IMG/VR virus record: IMGVR_UViG_3300031576_000002
Coordinates: 1 to 64,000 of that record
Direction: 5' to 3' (one strand)
DNA: 64,000 nt
Numbering within the stretch: position 1 is the first letter of the stretch; each line of letters opens with the position of its first letter. The translations under genes were made by a program, and so were the position numbers. The notes beneath the pieces are model-generated. The model was not told the origin of the DNA and did not search any database. It saw nothing but the letters and a program-made list of their open reading frames with translations. This document shows positions 54,451 to 63,149 of the stretch, piece by piece.

Positions 54451-54953
54451 GAGTCTTGATCGTCGCTTTTTTCGGCAGGAGCTACATGGAACATGTCGCC
54501 CTTCTCTACAATACCCCGAGTCCGGACGAGGTGTGAGAGAGCCAGCTTGAGACGGACATTCAGGATCTTGTGAGCAGACTCAGGAAGCTTCGCTCCAAAG
54601 ACTCCGAACAGGTCGGAGAAGCTCCGCGGCTTGCTTGAGATGGATTCGAGCACTGAAGTGCGGAACACCTCTGGATCTGAAAGATCATCTTTTGCGACTA
54701 CCGGCCTATCAACCTTTTCCGAAGGAGTCGAAACGACCTTGGACGTCTTGACTGGCTTAGGTAGTGAAGCCGCAGTCTCGTCCTTGATGAGAGGAATCAG
54801 AGGGTAGGTACCTGGCACGAGAACTTCGTTCTCCGTGTGTAGATTCAAGACGGCTGTCTTAGAACCTTCCTGTCGAAGCACCTTCAACTCTTTCCCATAC
54901 TTTGAGAGGTAGTAGCTACCTACCTGAGCATTTTTTGCAAGCACCTCCGCCAT
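54447..54953 (-). CDS. Hypothetical protein with C-terminal winged-helix-like region
   Basis: SD GGAGG before ATG 54953. Confidence 0.55.
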   Translation of the reverse strand: MAEVLAKNAQVGSYYLSKYGKELKVLRQEGSKTAVLNLHTENEVLVPGTYPLIPLIKDETAASLPKPVKTSKVVSTPSEKVDRPVVAKDDLSDPEVFRTSVLESISSKPRSFSDLFGVFGAKLPESAHKILNVRLKLALSHLVRTRGIVEKGDMFHVAPAEKSDDQDS

Positions 54954-54986
54954 GTCCGATCCTCCAATAGCCAGGGTTATCTGACC

Positions 54987-55028
54987 TAGTTGTGGTACCA
55001 CAACTAGCTAGCATTATACTACCTATCT
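54987..55028 (-). promoter_or_regulatory. 42-bp promoter+palindrome element, copy 1
   Basis: Minus strand AGATAGGTAGTATAAT then palindrome; 36/42 identical to 61621-61662. Confidence 0.8.
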
Positions 55029-55045
55029 AACGGTTTTCTCATTGC

Positions 55046-55059
55046 AGTCTTATAAGACT
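55046..55059. promoter_or_regulatory. AGTCT-TATA-AGACT operator-like palindrome
   Basis: Perfect match to the motif at 9999, 56324 and 56383. Confidence 0.6.
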
Positions 55060-55400
55060 TCCGATATTTTCTTTGTACCTACCACTTTTCTTACACATCT
55101 CTGTAAGATCAAAAGCATTTAAGCTTATGGACACTGGTCAAGTGTCCCTCTTGGAGATCCTATTACGTGCCGTACAAGAAGGCAAGAGTAAGGCGGACTC
55201 GAAAAGAAGCTCGCAAAAAGAATCACCATCAACCAGGTCGAGTAAAGGGGGATCATTAAAGGGCCGAGCATATCTTAGCTCTAGCCGGAGATACTATGAC
55301 CTACTTGTTACGTAGTGGCGCGACGTTTAGATGGACGACTTTACGTGCCCCACTTGTTGACTCGACTTTTATTGTACCACGGAAGATCGACCACACACTT

Positions 55401-55562
55401 AAAGCTGCGTTGAAAAAAGGGCCAGAATCGGCAAGTTTTTGCATTAACAGACGTTTTTCAACTTAAACTCCCGTTGGAAAAACAGCCTGTTTCTGCGTAG
55501 GTCCACGTAAAACTGCCGTTGGATTCGTGAACTGTCGTTGCAGATTTGATAAACTGGCGTTG
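55401..55562. repeat. Iteron-like 12-bp direct repeats (plus strand, consensus near AAACTGnCGTTG)
   Basis: 55401 AAAGCTGCGTTG, 55465 AAACTCCCGTTG, 55510 AAACTGCCGTTG, 55529 GAACTGTCGTTG, 55551 AAACTGGCGTTG. Confidence 0.55.
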
Positions 55563-55620
55563 GAATTCTATCAAGCCTTGTTGGACGAGCAAGCGCTCGC
55601 AAAGGCTCGACGAGATGCCC

Positions 55621-55654
55621 AAAAAAGAAGGGAGCCGCCTTTCAGTGGCTCCCT
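55621..55654 (-). terminator. Rho-independent terminator after the sigma factor gene
   Basis: Minus strand GGGAGCC-actgaaaggc-GGCTCCC followed by TTCTTTTTT. Confidence 0.8.
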
Positions 55655-55678
55655 AAAACTACTAATACAGATTGATAT

Positions 55679-56290
55679 TTACTGGCTGACCGAAGCGCGC
55701 ATCTTTGCGAATACCCGCTCCTCGAACCTCTGGCACGTCTCACTGTGGATTCCCAGGCGGCGGGCGATACGAAGGGTCGTACCATCCTCCTCGACCCACG
55801 CCTCCACAAAACTACGCTCGGTCGGTGTGAGCACTGCCAGCGCGTGCTGGACAAGCTCCCGCCGTTCTGCGCCTGCGAAGGCGGTAGCGGGCGTGCTCAG
55901 GTGCAGCGAGTGATGCTCGGGAGCAGGTCCAAAGTCGTGCGGGATTTCCCGCCCTGCGCCCCTTTTGAAAGACTTGTACCGGTTGCTCAGAATGTTCTTG
56001 GTCTTGAGCTTGAGCGCGGTGGCAGGCTCGAAGCCGTACGGTTGCGCGCCCTTCTTCTGGAACATCGCCCAGAGGCCCAGCAGGCACTCCTGGGAGAGAT
56101 CCTCCCAGTCTTCAGGACGACCGCTGCCGTGAGAGGACTTCCACGAAGCGGTCTTGGTGTACTTCTCGAAGCTCTTGAAGAGAGCTTCTGCCGCTACCTT
56201 CTTGACTCGTATACGACCCTTCTTCTTGATCGACGGAACGAACGCCTGCGCTGCGAGTGCCGAGATCCTCTCGGCGTGAGCTGCTGCCAT
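55679..56290 (-). CDS. RNA polymerase sigma factor (sigma70/ECF-like)
   Basis: Region 2 'WEDLSQECLLGLW'; region 4 'LTPTER...LRIARRLGIHSETC'. Confidence 0.8.
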   Translation of the reverse strand: MAAAHAERISALAAQAFVPSIKKKGRIRVKKVAAEALFKSFEKYTKTASWKSSHGSGRPEDWEDLSQECLLGLWAMFQKKGAQPYGFEPATALKLKTKNILSNRYKSFKRGAGREIPHDFGPAPEHHSLHLSTPATAFAGAERRELVQHALAVLTPTERSFVEAWVEEDGTTLRIARRLGIHSETCQRFEERVFAKMRASVSQ

Positions 56291-56318
56291 GCGATTCCCC
56301 TTTCAGCGGAAGGCCCGC

Positions 56319-56411
56319 ATAGTAGTCTTATCAGACTTGCTTGTCAAGCCCCTGGCTCGACGAGCTGTTCGCCTTGGGGTACAGTCTAATGAGACTGTAG
56401 TAGTCTGTCAA
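56319..56411 (-). promoter_or_regulatory. Tandem sigma70 promoters, each with an AGTCT-N4-AGACT palindrome
   Basis: TTGACA-17-TACTAT (56319-56347, palindrome 56324-56337) and TTGACA-17-TAGACT (56383-56411, palindrome 56383-56396). Confidence 0.8.
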
Positions 56412-56427
56412 GTACTGAGCGCTGCGC

Positions 56428-56895
56428 CTACAGCCGCTCCAGCTCGCGCAGAAGCGCCTTCCGCCCCTGCTCCAGCAGCGCTACCGTCCGGTACGACGGA
56501 GCTGGAAGGCTAAGCCAGCGCTGGTCTAGACGGTCCCAGAGACGGTCTCTTTCCTGCACGGATAACGTCGATTTCCCGACCAGGAGGCTCAGGCGCTTCC
56601 AGAGGGCATCACAGTCCTTCCGGAGCGCCTGAGCCCGTAAGTAGGCCGCAGAACGCTCTATATCGAGGTCGGATACGGTATCCTCACCACCTTCAAGAAT
56701 GTCGATCAGGCGGGCTCTAGGACCGCCCCGCTGGCAGGAGAAGCAGTGCCACAGGCCCTCATCAGGCCGGAAGCTGAAGCTGGGATGCTCGTCCTTGTGG
56801 AAGGGGCAGCGGCCAAGCAGGTGGCCGTCCGACAGGTGGGAGACAACCTCGATCCCCAGCCGGGCCAGGAAGGCTTCTGCGCGCTCAGGATCCAT
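56428..56895 (-). CDS. Stand-alone CHC2 primase zinc-binding domain protein
   Basis: CPFHKDEHPSF...WHCFSC..GG; no TOPRIM domain. Confidence 0.85.
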   Translation of the reverse strand: MDPERAEAFLARLGIEVVSHLSDGHLLGRCPFHKDEHPSFSFRPDEGLWHCFSCQRGGPRARLIDILEGGEDTVSDLDIERSAAYLRAQALRKDCDALWKRLSLLVGKSTLSVQERDRLWDRLDQRWLSLPAPSYRTVALLEQGRKALLRELERL

Positions 56896-58267
56896 GCTGC
56901 GACTTCTTCCCCTTCATTTTTATCTTCCAGTCGCCGACGTAGCTCCAAGCTGGAGCAAAGCAGACGTAGCTGAACACGAACCTGCGACCGAAGCGATCCT
57001 TCTCGATAATCATTTTGAGCTTGCTATGCAGCGCGTCTTCCTTGGACTGGCGAAGGTGGACGATGGTCTCGCAGTGGGGGGCGATGTAATGGCTGAGCCC
57101 GATCGAGTCTACGGTCTCGGCCGTATCCCCCTTCTTCTTATTTGCCTCTCTTGATTCCTGGACAGCGGTAATGGCAGGGATAGCGGTTCGTCGCGTGAAG
57201 TTGTGAAGCTCCTGAAAGAGTAGATCGTACTTCTCACTGCGGCCGTCCCTGAACTTTCGCACCGGCATCATGATCCCGGCGTAGTCGATCACGACCACGT
57301 CTGGAAACGCCCCCGTTCTCGTGCGGAAGATTTCGACTTCGCGGTAGAGGTCGGTTACCGTCGCCTGATCTGGTAGATCGACCATGTAGAAGGGCGGCTT
57401 GATCTTCTTCTGAGCTTTGAGTAACGCCTTGTACTTGTCCCTTTCCGCGTCGGAGAGCTTTGCATTCCGAATCAGGGCGGAATCGAGCATGCCTGCGCGG
57501 GCATCGTAGCAGTGCTTGAGTTCCGTGTGCGACATCTCCAGGCTCAGGTAGAGGACGGACTTGCCTTGCTGCGCGACATTGTACGCAATCGAGATCATCG
57601 TCCGGCTCTTTCCACCGGACGTACCTGAGTAGAGGCAGGTGAGGGATCCCGGAGCGATCCCGCCCGTGGACTGATCGAGAAACTCGATCCCGAACGGGAT
57701 GGCCCGAACTACGGCCTCGCCACGTGCTTTGGCGTTGTACTCGCGCCAGCGTTCGGACACATCGTCAGAGACAAACCCACGCCACTGAACATTGTCCTGC
57801 GCGCCACCTTCTTGCAGGAGGCGGGCTAGGATGTCGGAACGGAGCTTCTTGTAGTCTCTTCCGCTGCCAAGACCTTCCTGGATGGAGCGCCCAACGGTAA
57901 GAAGCTGCCGTCCTTCCCAGAGATCCGCCAAGCGATTGCGGTAGAAGTCGATATTGGCGGTGTCATGTTCGACTTTGGAGATCCGGCTATAGGCTGTGAG
58001 GAGCTTCGCTTTCTTATCCGCGTCGCGGGCGTGCTGATCGAGAAAGGTGTAGAATACTTCGGGCGCGGGATAGCCTTGATGCGCTTTCCGAAAAGCTCGA
58101 AAAGCTGCCAGCAAATCTTTGTGGCTAGTCCTTGTGAAAAGCTCGGGAGGTATGGATTCTACTTGCGGACCAGTCTCACGACTTATCAGGCAGGCAAGGA
58201 GGGCCGCTTCGGCCTCGACGTCGGCCAGGATGAGGAGAGGCTCCTCTTTTTTGACCTTCAGCGCCAT
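56885..58267 (-). CDS. dnaB: DnaB-like replicative helicase
   Basis: SGTSGGKS, YLSLEM, VVIDY, TAVQ, SIGLSH, KDRFG. Confidence 0.9.
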   Translation of the reverse strand: MALKVKKEEPLLILADVEAEAALLACLISRETGPQVESIPPELFTRTSHKDLLAAFRAFRKAHQGYPAPEVFYTFLDQHARDADKKAKLLTAYSRISKVEHDTANIDFYRNRLADLWEGRQLLTVGRSIQEGLGSGRDYKKLRSDILARLLQEGGAQDNVQWRGFVSDDVSERWREYNAKARGEAVVRAIPFGIEFLDQSTGGIAPGSLTCLYSGTSGGKSRTMISIAYNVAQQGKSVLYLSLEMSHTELKHCYDARAGMLDSALIRNAKLSDAERDKYKALLKAQKKIKPPFYMVDLPDQATVTDLYREVEIFRTRTGAFPDVVVIDYAGIMMPVRKFRDGRSEKYDLLFQELHNFTRRTAIPAITAVQESREANKKKGDTAETVDSIGLSHYIAPHCETIVHLRQSKEDALHSKLKMIIEKDRFGRRFVFSYVCFAPAWSYVGDWKIKMKGKKSQHGS

Positions 58268-59007
58268 CGCTCGTGCTCGCGGAAACTCTCGCCTTCCAAG
58301 GTGACGGGTACGAGGCTCCGGAGCCGATCGACGATATGGTCAGGGAATAGATCGCTGAGTGTCTGCACTCCTCTCGACTTTTCAGCGGGGGGGACTTCAA
58401 TGGGGCAGTTCGCGGTCGCGATCAAGGCACAGTCGTTGTCGTAGACCTCAGACATCAACTCCTGAATCGCCTCGTTCCGCATCTTGCCGGGAACGCTCTC
58501 GTCCATGAGCACCGCAACCTTGTCGATCTCTTCCAGAGCTAGCAGCCGGGAGCGCAGGATCCGCTCAACCCGATTGCGCTTCGCCATGTCGCGGAGCGAT
58601 TCGATCCGCAGGTTCACTAGGGCGGAGAGACGGATCACGTAGGCGCTGTAGTTCCGCTCGCAGGCTTCTCGAATCAGGAGCGCCGTGATGGCACTTTTGG
58701 CGACTCCTGGAGGCCCTTGGATGTAGAGGCCGCCTCCGGTGCGGATTCTCTGATCGAGCGTATCAACGAAGTCCTCGACCTTTGCAAGCTGCTTCTGATT
58801 GACGGCGCGGAACTCCCCGTGGAGGCTCTTCCAACCAAAGCCGCGGTAGCGCCGTTTGACATTGGCGCGGTCTAGTCGGTACTCCAGCACCGCCTTGGCC
58901 GCGCAGCTACACGACCTGAACTCTCCCGACTCTGGATCCAGAGTCACACCCATGCCGGAGCAGACCCGGCAGGGAATAGGAGATCTAGCGGGCTTACCCG
59001 TTTGCAC
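58258..59007 (-). CDS. DnaC/IstB-like AAA+ helicase loader
   Basis: CRVC...CSC Zn site, GPPGVAKS, LALEEID, ATAN, DRL. Confidence 0.85.
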   Translation of the reverse strand: MQTGKPARSPIPCRVCSGMGVTLDPESGEFRSCSCAAKAVLEYRLDRANVKRRYRGFGWKSLHGEFRAVNQKQLAKVEDFVDTLDQRIRTGGGLYIQGPPGVAKSAITALLIREACERNYSAYVIRLSALVNLRIESLRDMAKRNRVERILRSRLLALEEIDKVAVLMDESVPGKMRNEAIQELMSEVYDNDCALIATANCPIEVPPAEKSRGVQTLSDLFPDHIVDRLRSLVPVTLEGESFREHERWR

Positions 59008-59030
59008 TGCGACTCTCGACTAGGGCGCGC

Positions 59031-59597
59031 TTAGTGGATCGGATGCGCAGCTTCATCCCTACGACGTACAATACCCCAGTCGATCGCAGCTTTTCGGGTG
59101 GGCGCCATCGACTTCGAGGGCATCCGGGTCGTGAGCTGGAACATCTTCTCACTTGTGATGTGCCCAAGCATGGGAACGAATCGAGCGCTGTAAAAACGCT
59201 CGAAGCAGGCGTCCACGAACTCCTTGTACTCAATGGGAGACCAGCGGTGCTGGTCTTGAAAGCATGCGATCCGCGCCGTAAGCGCCGGAACCTCTCGCCT
59301 GGAGACGGAAAGTGGACGGTTGTAGCAGCGGTAATACCGTTGGGTGAAATAGTGTAAAATGTCTTTCGACGTCCAAGCTGCGTATTCCTTTTCCGTCAGT
59401 TTTTTCGGTTCTTTCGCGCTCTTGAGGTTTTGGTTCTCTTCGAGTGCGGCTGCGTACCTATCCCGCAGGATTTGCAGTTTCTTGCACAGCTTTGCGTTCT
59501 TCCGCTGTAGCTCCCGGTAGGACTGTAAGACGTCGAGTTCGACGGGATCTCTTCGTGGGTCTGAGACGTTCTGCCGGCCCGATTTGCCCGCTGCCAT
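59031..59597 (-). CDS. Hypothetical protein, possible replication initiator/loader partner
   Basis: Immediately upstream of the DnaC-like gene; overlaps the SF2 helicase end. Confidence 0.4.
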   Translation of the reverse strand: MAAGKSGRQNVSDPRRDPVELDVLQSYRELQRKNAKLCKKLQILRDRYAAALEENQNLKSAKEPKKLTEKEYAAWTSKDILHYFTQRYYRCYNRPLSVSRREVPALTARIACFQDQHRWSPIEYKEFVDACFERFYSARFVPMLGHITSEKMFQLTTRMPSKSMAPTRKAAIDWGIVRRRDEAAHPIH

Positions 59598-61029
59598 AGA
59601 TCCTCCGACGGAATACGCGGAACGGAGGTTGCTCGCTGCGTAAAAACTTGACCGTCCGTTCTGCGTGATTTTTTAGGTGGACTACATCTGGCTGAAAAAA
59701 GACGGCGGTTGCCCGCTTCTTTCCCTCCGACACGGTCATCGACCGCAAACGCTGGAAGGCTTTGATCGCGGACTTCTTGACATCTGCTACGACAATCGCG
59801 TCGAGGGTGGGGAGATCCACGGCTTCGTCGATCAGCGTGGAGATGAGACAGACCCCGTCTTGCTCTTCGATGTGCCGCAAGCCGGCACGACGTTCGCCTG
59901 GAGAACTCTTGCCCGACACGAATAGGCTGCGCGGGATGGCGCGTTCGAGCTGCTGACCGTGTGGAACGTGTCCGACGATAACAGCGACTGTCTTCCCGCG
60001 GCGGCGTAGGTATTCTACGATGTGTGCAACAGTTCTGTGGTAGCGGTCGTTGTCCACCAGCGCGGTCTTGTAGACCTGCTGGTAGCCGCCCCGAGTATCA
60101 AGGTCTTCGGCAGGAAGCTGGAACACGGTCACGTCCAGAGGGAGTATGATACCCCGCTCGACCGCCTCCTCGTAGCTCATGTGGTAGAGGATCGGCCCCG
60201 TGACTGCTTCAATGCCGATGTCGGAAGCGTCTTCTCTCCACGGCGTTGCCGTGAGTCCGACCACATAAGCAGCTTTGTGGAACTCCTGCGCAAGTAGCTG
60301 AGCAATGTCGCTGCTGGTATGGTGCGCTTCGTCCCAAACTACAACTTTGGAGTCCCGGCAGATTCTTTGTACGGGCGCGTGCCTTAGAAGGGGCAGAATT
60401 CTTTCCTTCTTCATTCCTTTGGGGCAGTCCTTCCTCTTGACCTTCAGCCCGAATGCGGAGGCAAGAGACTGGAATGTAACAACTAGAATATCACCATCTA
60501 GGTCTGCCTTGCCGTCCGCGATGACGCCTACCTTGGCCCCTGGCAGCAATTTTCGGAATTTATTCGCAGCTTGGTGTGCAACCTCCGCCTGCCAGACAAT
60601 GTATAGAAATGGGCTCAGCGAAGTTCTACGAAACAGCTCTACTGCGAGAATAGTTTTTCCGCTCCTTGGAGGAGCCGATACAATTCCTCGCCGGTATCGC
60701 TGAACCTGCTCCAGAACATCGGGCTGAAAAGAGCGCAGGGGAAAGGCAGGACAGAACTCTTCTTCGGGGTACTCCGGCCGCAGGTCTTCGACGATCCGGT
60801 AGGGCTCCTCGATAGAGTCGAGGTACTGACATGCGCGCGGCAAGAGCCCGGTAAGGAACCTACCACCTTTGTGCAAAAAGCTCTTTCTGCCGTCCCATCC
60901 GTGGGCGTAGGCCCTCGTAAAAACGTAGCCCGGAATGGAGTAGCTCAGCGCGAACCGAAGCTCTTCGGTGAGCTTTTCACTGAGCCCGGCGACACGGGTA
61001 GTAGCGGAATCAACGTAGATCTGAAGCAT
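59458..61029 (-). CDS. SF2 helicase (UvsW/XPB/Res-like)
   Basis: PPRSGKT, DEAHH, GLTATP.R.D, DEAVDLP, FQRLR. Confidence 0.9.
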   Translation of the reverse strand: MLQIYVDSATTRVAGLSEKLTEELRFALSYSIPGYVFTRAYAHGWDGRKSFLHKGGRFLTGLLPRACQYLDSIEEPYRIVEDLRPEYPEEEFCPAFPLRSFQPDVLEQVQRYRRGIVSAPPRSGKTILAVELFRRTSLSPFLYIVWQAEVAHQAANKFRKLLPGAKVGVIADGKADLDGDILVVTFQSLASAFGLKVKRKDCPKGMKKERILPLLRHAPVQRICRDSKVVVWDEAHHTSSDIAQLLAQEFHKAAYVVGLTATPWREDASDIGIEAVTGPILYHMSYEEAVERGIILPLDVTVFQLPAEDLDTRGGYQQVYKTALVDNDRYHRTVAHIVEYLRRRGKTVAVIVGHVPHGQQLERAIPRSLFVSGKSSPGERRAGLRHIEEQDGVCLISTLIDEAVDLPTLDAIVVADVKKSAIKAFQRLRSMTVSEGKKRATAVFFQPDVVHLKNHAERTVKFLRSEQPPFRVFRRRIYGSGQIGPAERLRPTKRSRRTRRLTVLPGATAEERKAVQETANPAG

Positions 61030-61034
61030 GGGGG

Positions 61035-61535
61035 CTAGCCAGCAAAATTCAGGCGTATCTGTTCGGGCTTGACAGCGGCTAGAAAATCATCTAGCCGCAC
61101 AACTGCGACACGGGGCTTGCGGAGAATGAGGGTTGTTCCGCTGCGTCCTGATTTCCAGCCCAGAAGAATAAGATCGCTACGGCGCAGCATGACGAAGCTA
61201 CAGGTGAAGTTTCCCTTGAAGATGAGGAGCCCCAGAGAAGCCGGCGTCTTCTCCCGCTGCAACTGCTCCCAGAAGCGGAACAGCTTCGGCCCTCGGGTAT
61301 CGGATTCCAGAAGCAGCTTCCACGACCACGCCTTCGTGTTCTTACATTCCACGGTGATTGGGAAGGGGGCCGCTTCCGGTTTCACAACTCCTATGTCGCC
61401 GTGGCCGGTGTTGGAGAAGCGGGCGTGGCTGCCAGAGCCGCTAGTACGCCAGAGCGCATGGCGGTCTCCACACCACCATCCGCCTAGAAGGCGTGCGATT
61501 TCGCGCTCATACTGAGAGCCCTTGGCACTCGACAT
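61035..61535 (-). CDS. Holliday junction resolvase (Hjc-like PD-(D/E)xK)
   Basis: KGSQYEREIA...RTSGSG...GDI...VECKN. Confidence 0.85.
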   Translation of the reverse strand: MSSAKGSQYEREIARLLGGWWCGDRHALWRTSGSGSHARFSNTGHGDIGVVKPEAAPFPITVECKNTKAWSWKLLLESDTRGPKLFRFWEQLQREKTPASLGLLIFKGNFTCSFVMLRRSDLILLGWKSGRSGTTLILRKPRVAVVRLDDFLAAVKPEQIRLNFAG

Positions 61536-61536
61536 G

Positions 61537-61578
61537 ACTGGCTTTGCCTCAGAGAGTCTCGAATTTTGAGGCAAGCCC
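61537..61578 (-). mobile_element. 42-bp hairpin mini-element made of the two ends of the second tnpB element
   Basis: 61537-61554 identical to 37891-37908; 61558-61578 20/21 identical to 39094-39114. Confidence 0.65.
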
Positions 61579-61620
61579 GACTATACGATACCGCTTGAGA
61601 TTAGGTAAGCTCAGCCTACC

Positions 61621-61662
61621 GAGTTGTGGCAGAACAACTAGGTAGGATTATACTACCTATCT
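61621..61662 (-). promoter_or_regulatory. 42-bp promoter+palindrome element, copy 2
   Basis: 36/42 identical to 54987-55028. Confidence 0.8.
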
Positions 61663-62757
61663 GGCAGCCGCCATCGGAACCCGGGTGCCGGGATGGCTGA
61701 GCGGCATGGACACCTGGCTCTTGGAAAGTGTGAAATAGCGCTTGGTCTCTTTCGGAGACCGTGCACACACTTCCTCGATTGCGGTTTTCCACAGTTTGTA
61801 GTTTTCGTGAATGTTATACTTTTGGACGACCTCTTCCCGCGCATTCGCGACAAGCTGCTCAGCAAAGGCAGGATCTCCAAGCAGCCTGCGAATCTGCGAA
61901 AGCCACTCTGAATCGTCCGCAATCAAGAGTCCAGTTCTCTCGTGCTCGATGGCTGCCGTGTAGGGTCCGACGGCAGAAGCGATCGTGGGCGTTCCCACCA
62001 AGCTCATCTCAAAAATCTTGATATTCGACTTTGACTGATTAAAGACATGGTCTGCCAAAGGAGCTAGGCCGATGTCAAAATCGCAAAGGGCTAGGGTCGT
62101 GTAATAGTCCACCCACTGAACCCAGTGAACCTGGTAGGCGCCTTTGAAGTCGGGAAACTGGAAGAGCTTGATCGCGGCCTCTCCCGAGTCTCGAAGCGTT
62201 TCTAGCGCGGGCTGTACTCGCGCAAAATCCATCTTGTGCGTACCGCTGCCTGTCCATCCTACGACAGGCTTGCGGTTGTTGCGAGGTCGCTGGGGAATCT
62301 GGTCGGGATCGAACGAGTTGGGTAGTACATAGACATGCTTGTTGTGCTGACCGTACACCTTGGCTAGATGCTCGGTCGATACGAAGATCGCGTCGCACTC
62401 TTCCAGGAAGTAGGTAAAGTTCTGCCGAATGTCGGGGTGAGTGAAAAGTTCGTGGCTTGGATTCCACTCCGGCAAACTGAAGAAGTCATCATCCGCTTCG
62501 TAGATCACGCGCGTCTTGGCGTTCTTGCGCCCAGTCAGGGCGTTGGCGAAGCTGCGGCCGTCTACCTGCCTTTGGAGGATGATGGCGCGACTTGCTTCGA
62601 TGTCCTCGGGCTTCATCTGGTACGTGATCTTGATTCGATACTGGTCGGGATGATGGGTTGCGATTGCGTTAAGGGGGAAGAAAAGCCGGTAGCCGTAGCA
62701 AGCTCCAAAATCGGCCTGATACGCCGTGATCCGAATGGGCTTAGCTTTTGTGTTCAT
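61657..62757 (-). CDS. Glycosyltransferase, GT-B (phage type)
   Basis: GACYGYRL..P, IILQRQ, YEADDD, GWTGS.TH..D, DIGLAPL..H.FNQSKSNIK.FE. Confidence 0.85.
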   Translation of the reverse strand: MNTKAKPIRITAYQADFGACYGYRLFFPLNAIATHHPDQYRIKITYQMKPEDIEASRAIILQRQVDGRSFANALTGRKNAKTRVIYEADDDFFSLPEWNPSHELFTHPDIRQNFTYFLEECDAIFVSTEHLAKVYGQHNKHVYVLPNSFDPDQIPQRPRNNRKPVVGWTGSGTHKMDFARVQPALETLRDSGEAAIKLFQFPDFKGAYQVHWVQWVDYYTTLALCDFDIGLAPLADHVFNQSKSNIKIFEMSLVGTPTIASAVGPYTAAIEHERTGLLIADDSEWLSQIRRLLGDPAFAEQLVANAREEVVQKYNIHENYKLWKTAIEEVCARSPKETKRYFTLSKSQVSMPLSHPGTRVPMAAAR

Positions 62758-63143
62758 GTAGGCCCAGGCTTTCCGACTAGCAGGGGGATCGGCTCTTCGG
62801 GAAGGATGGGCAGCTCTTCCGGGAATAGAATGGGTGTAAGAACACGAATCTGTTCGACAGTTGTGATGACTTTTTTGCTAAAAAGAATGTCAACAAGAGT
62901 ACGGAACGCCCCTAGCAGACCAGCATCAGCATCTTCGAGGGCAGAGATTCGCCCTTCATGGTCAAGTAGAGTAGGATCGACGTAGGTCGATCGCCACTCT
63001 TCTAGTATAGCGACCCGTGTCTGAAGGTCAGCGACATCGGCTTGGAGTGCAGTAATCGCGTTCTCGGCCGTAGTCATGCGATCTCCAAGATCGTTGATCT
63101 GATCTTGAAGATCGTCGCAAGTAGTCTGGTCGCAAGCAGCCAT
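62754..63143 (-). CDS. Coiled-coil protein (fibritin/fibre-like)
   Basis: Heptads DLQDQINDL...ITALQADVADLQTRVAILE...RISALE. Confidence 0.55.
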   Translation of the reverse strand: MAACDQTTCDDLQDQINDLGDRMTTAENAITALQADVADLQTRVAILEEWRSTYVDPTLLDHEGRISALEDADAGLLGAFRTLVDILFSKKVITTVEQIRVLTPILFPEELPILPEEPIPLLVGKPGPT

Positions 63144-63149
63144 AGACTT

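Noticed and set aside
54987-55008. Palindrome as NrdR or DnaA box
   Set aside because: Arm orientation and sequence do not match the NrdR consensus or TTATCCACA as I recall them.
55073-55913. Plus-strand ORFs or a decayed gene in the intergenic region
   Set aside because: The frame is broken by several TAA stops, has no recognisable motif, opposes the genome-wide orientation and overlaps a clear minus-strand terminator.
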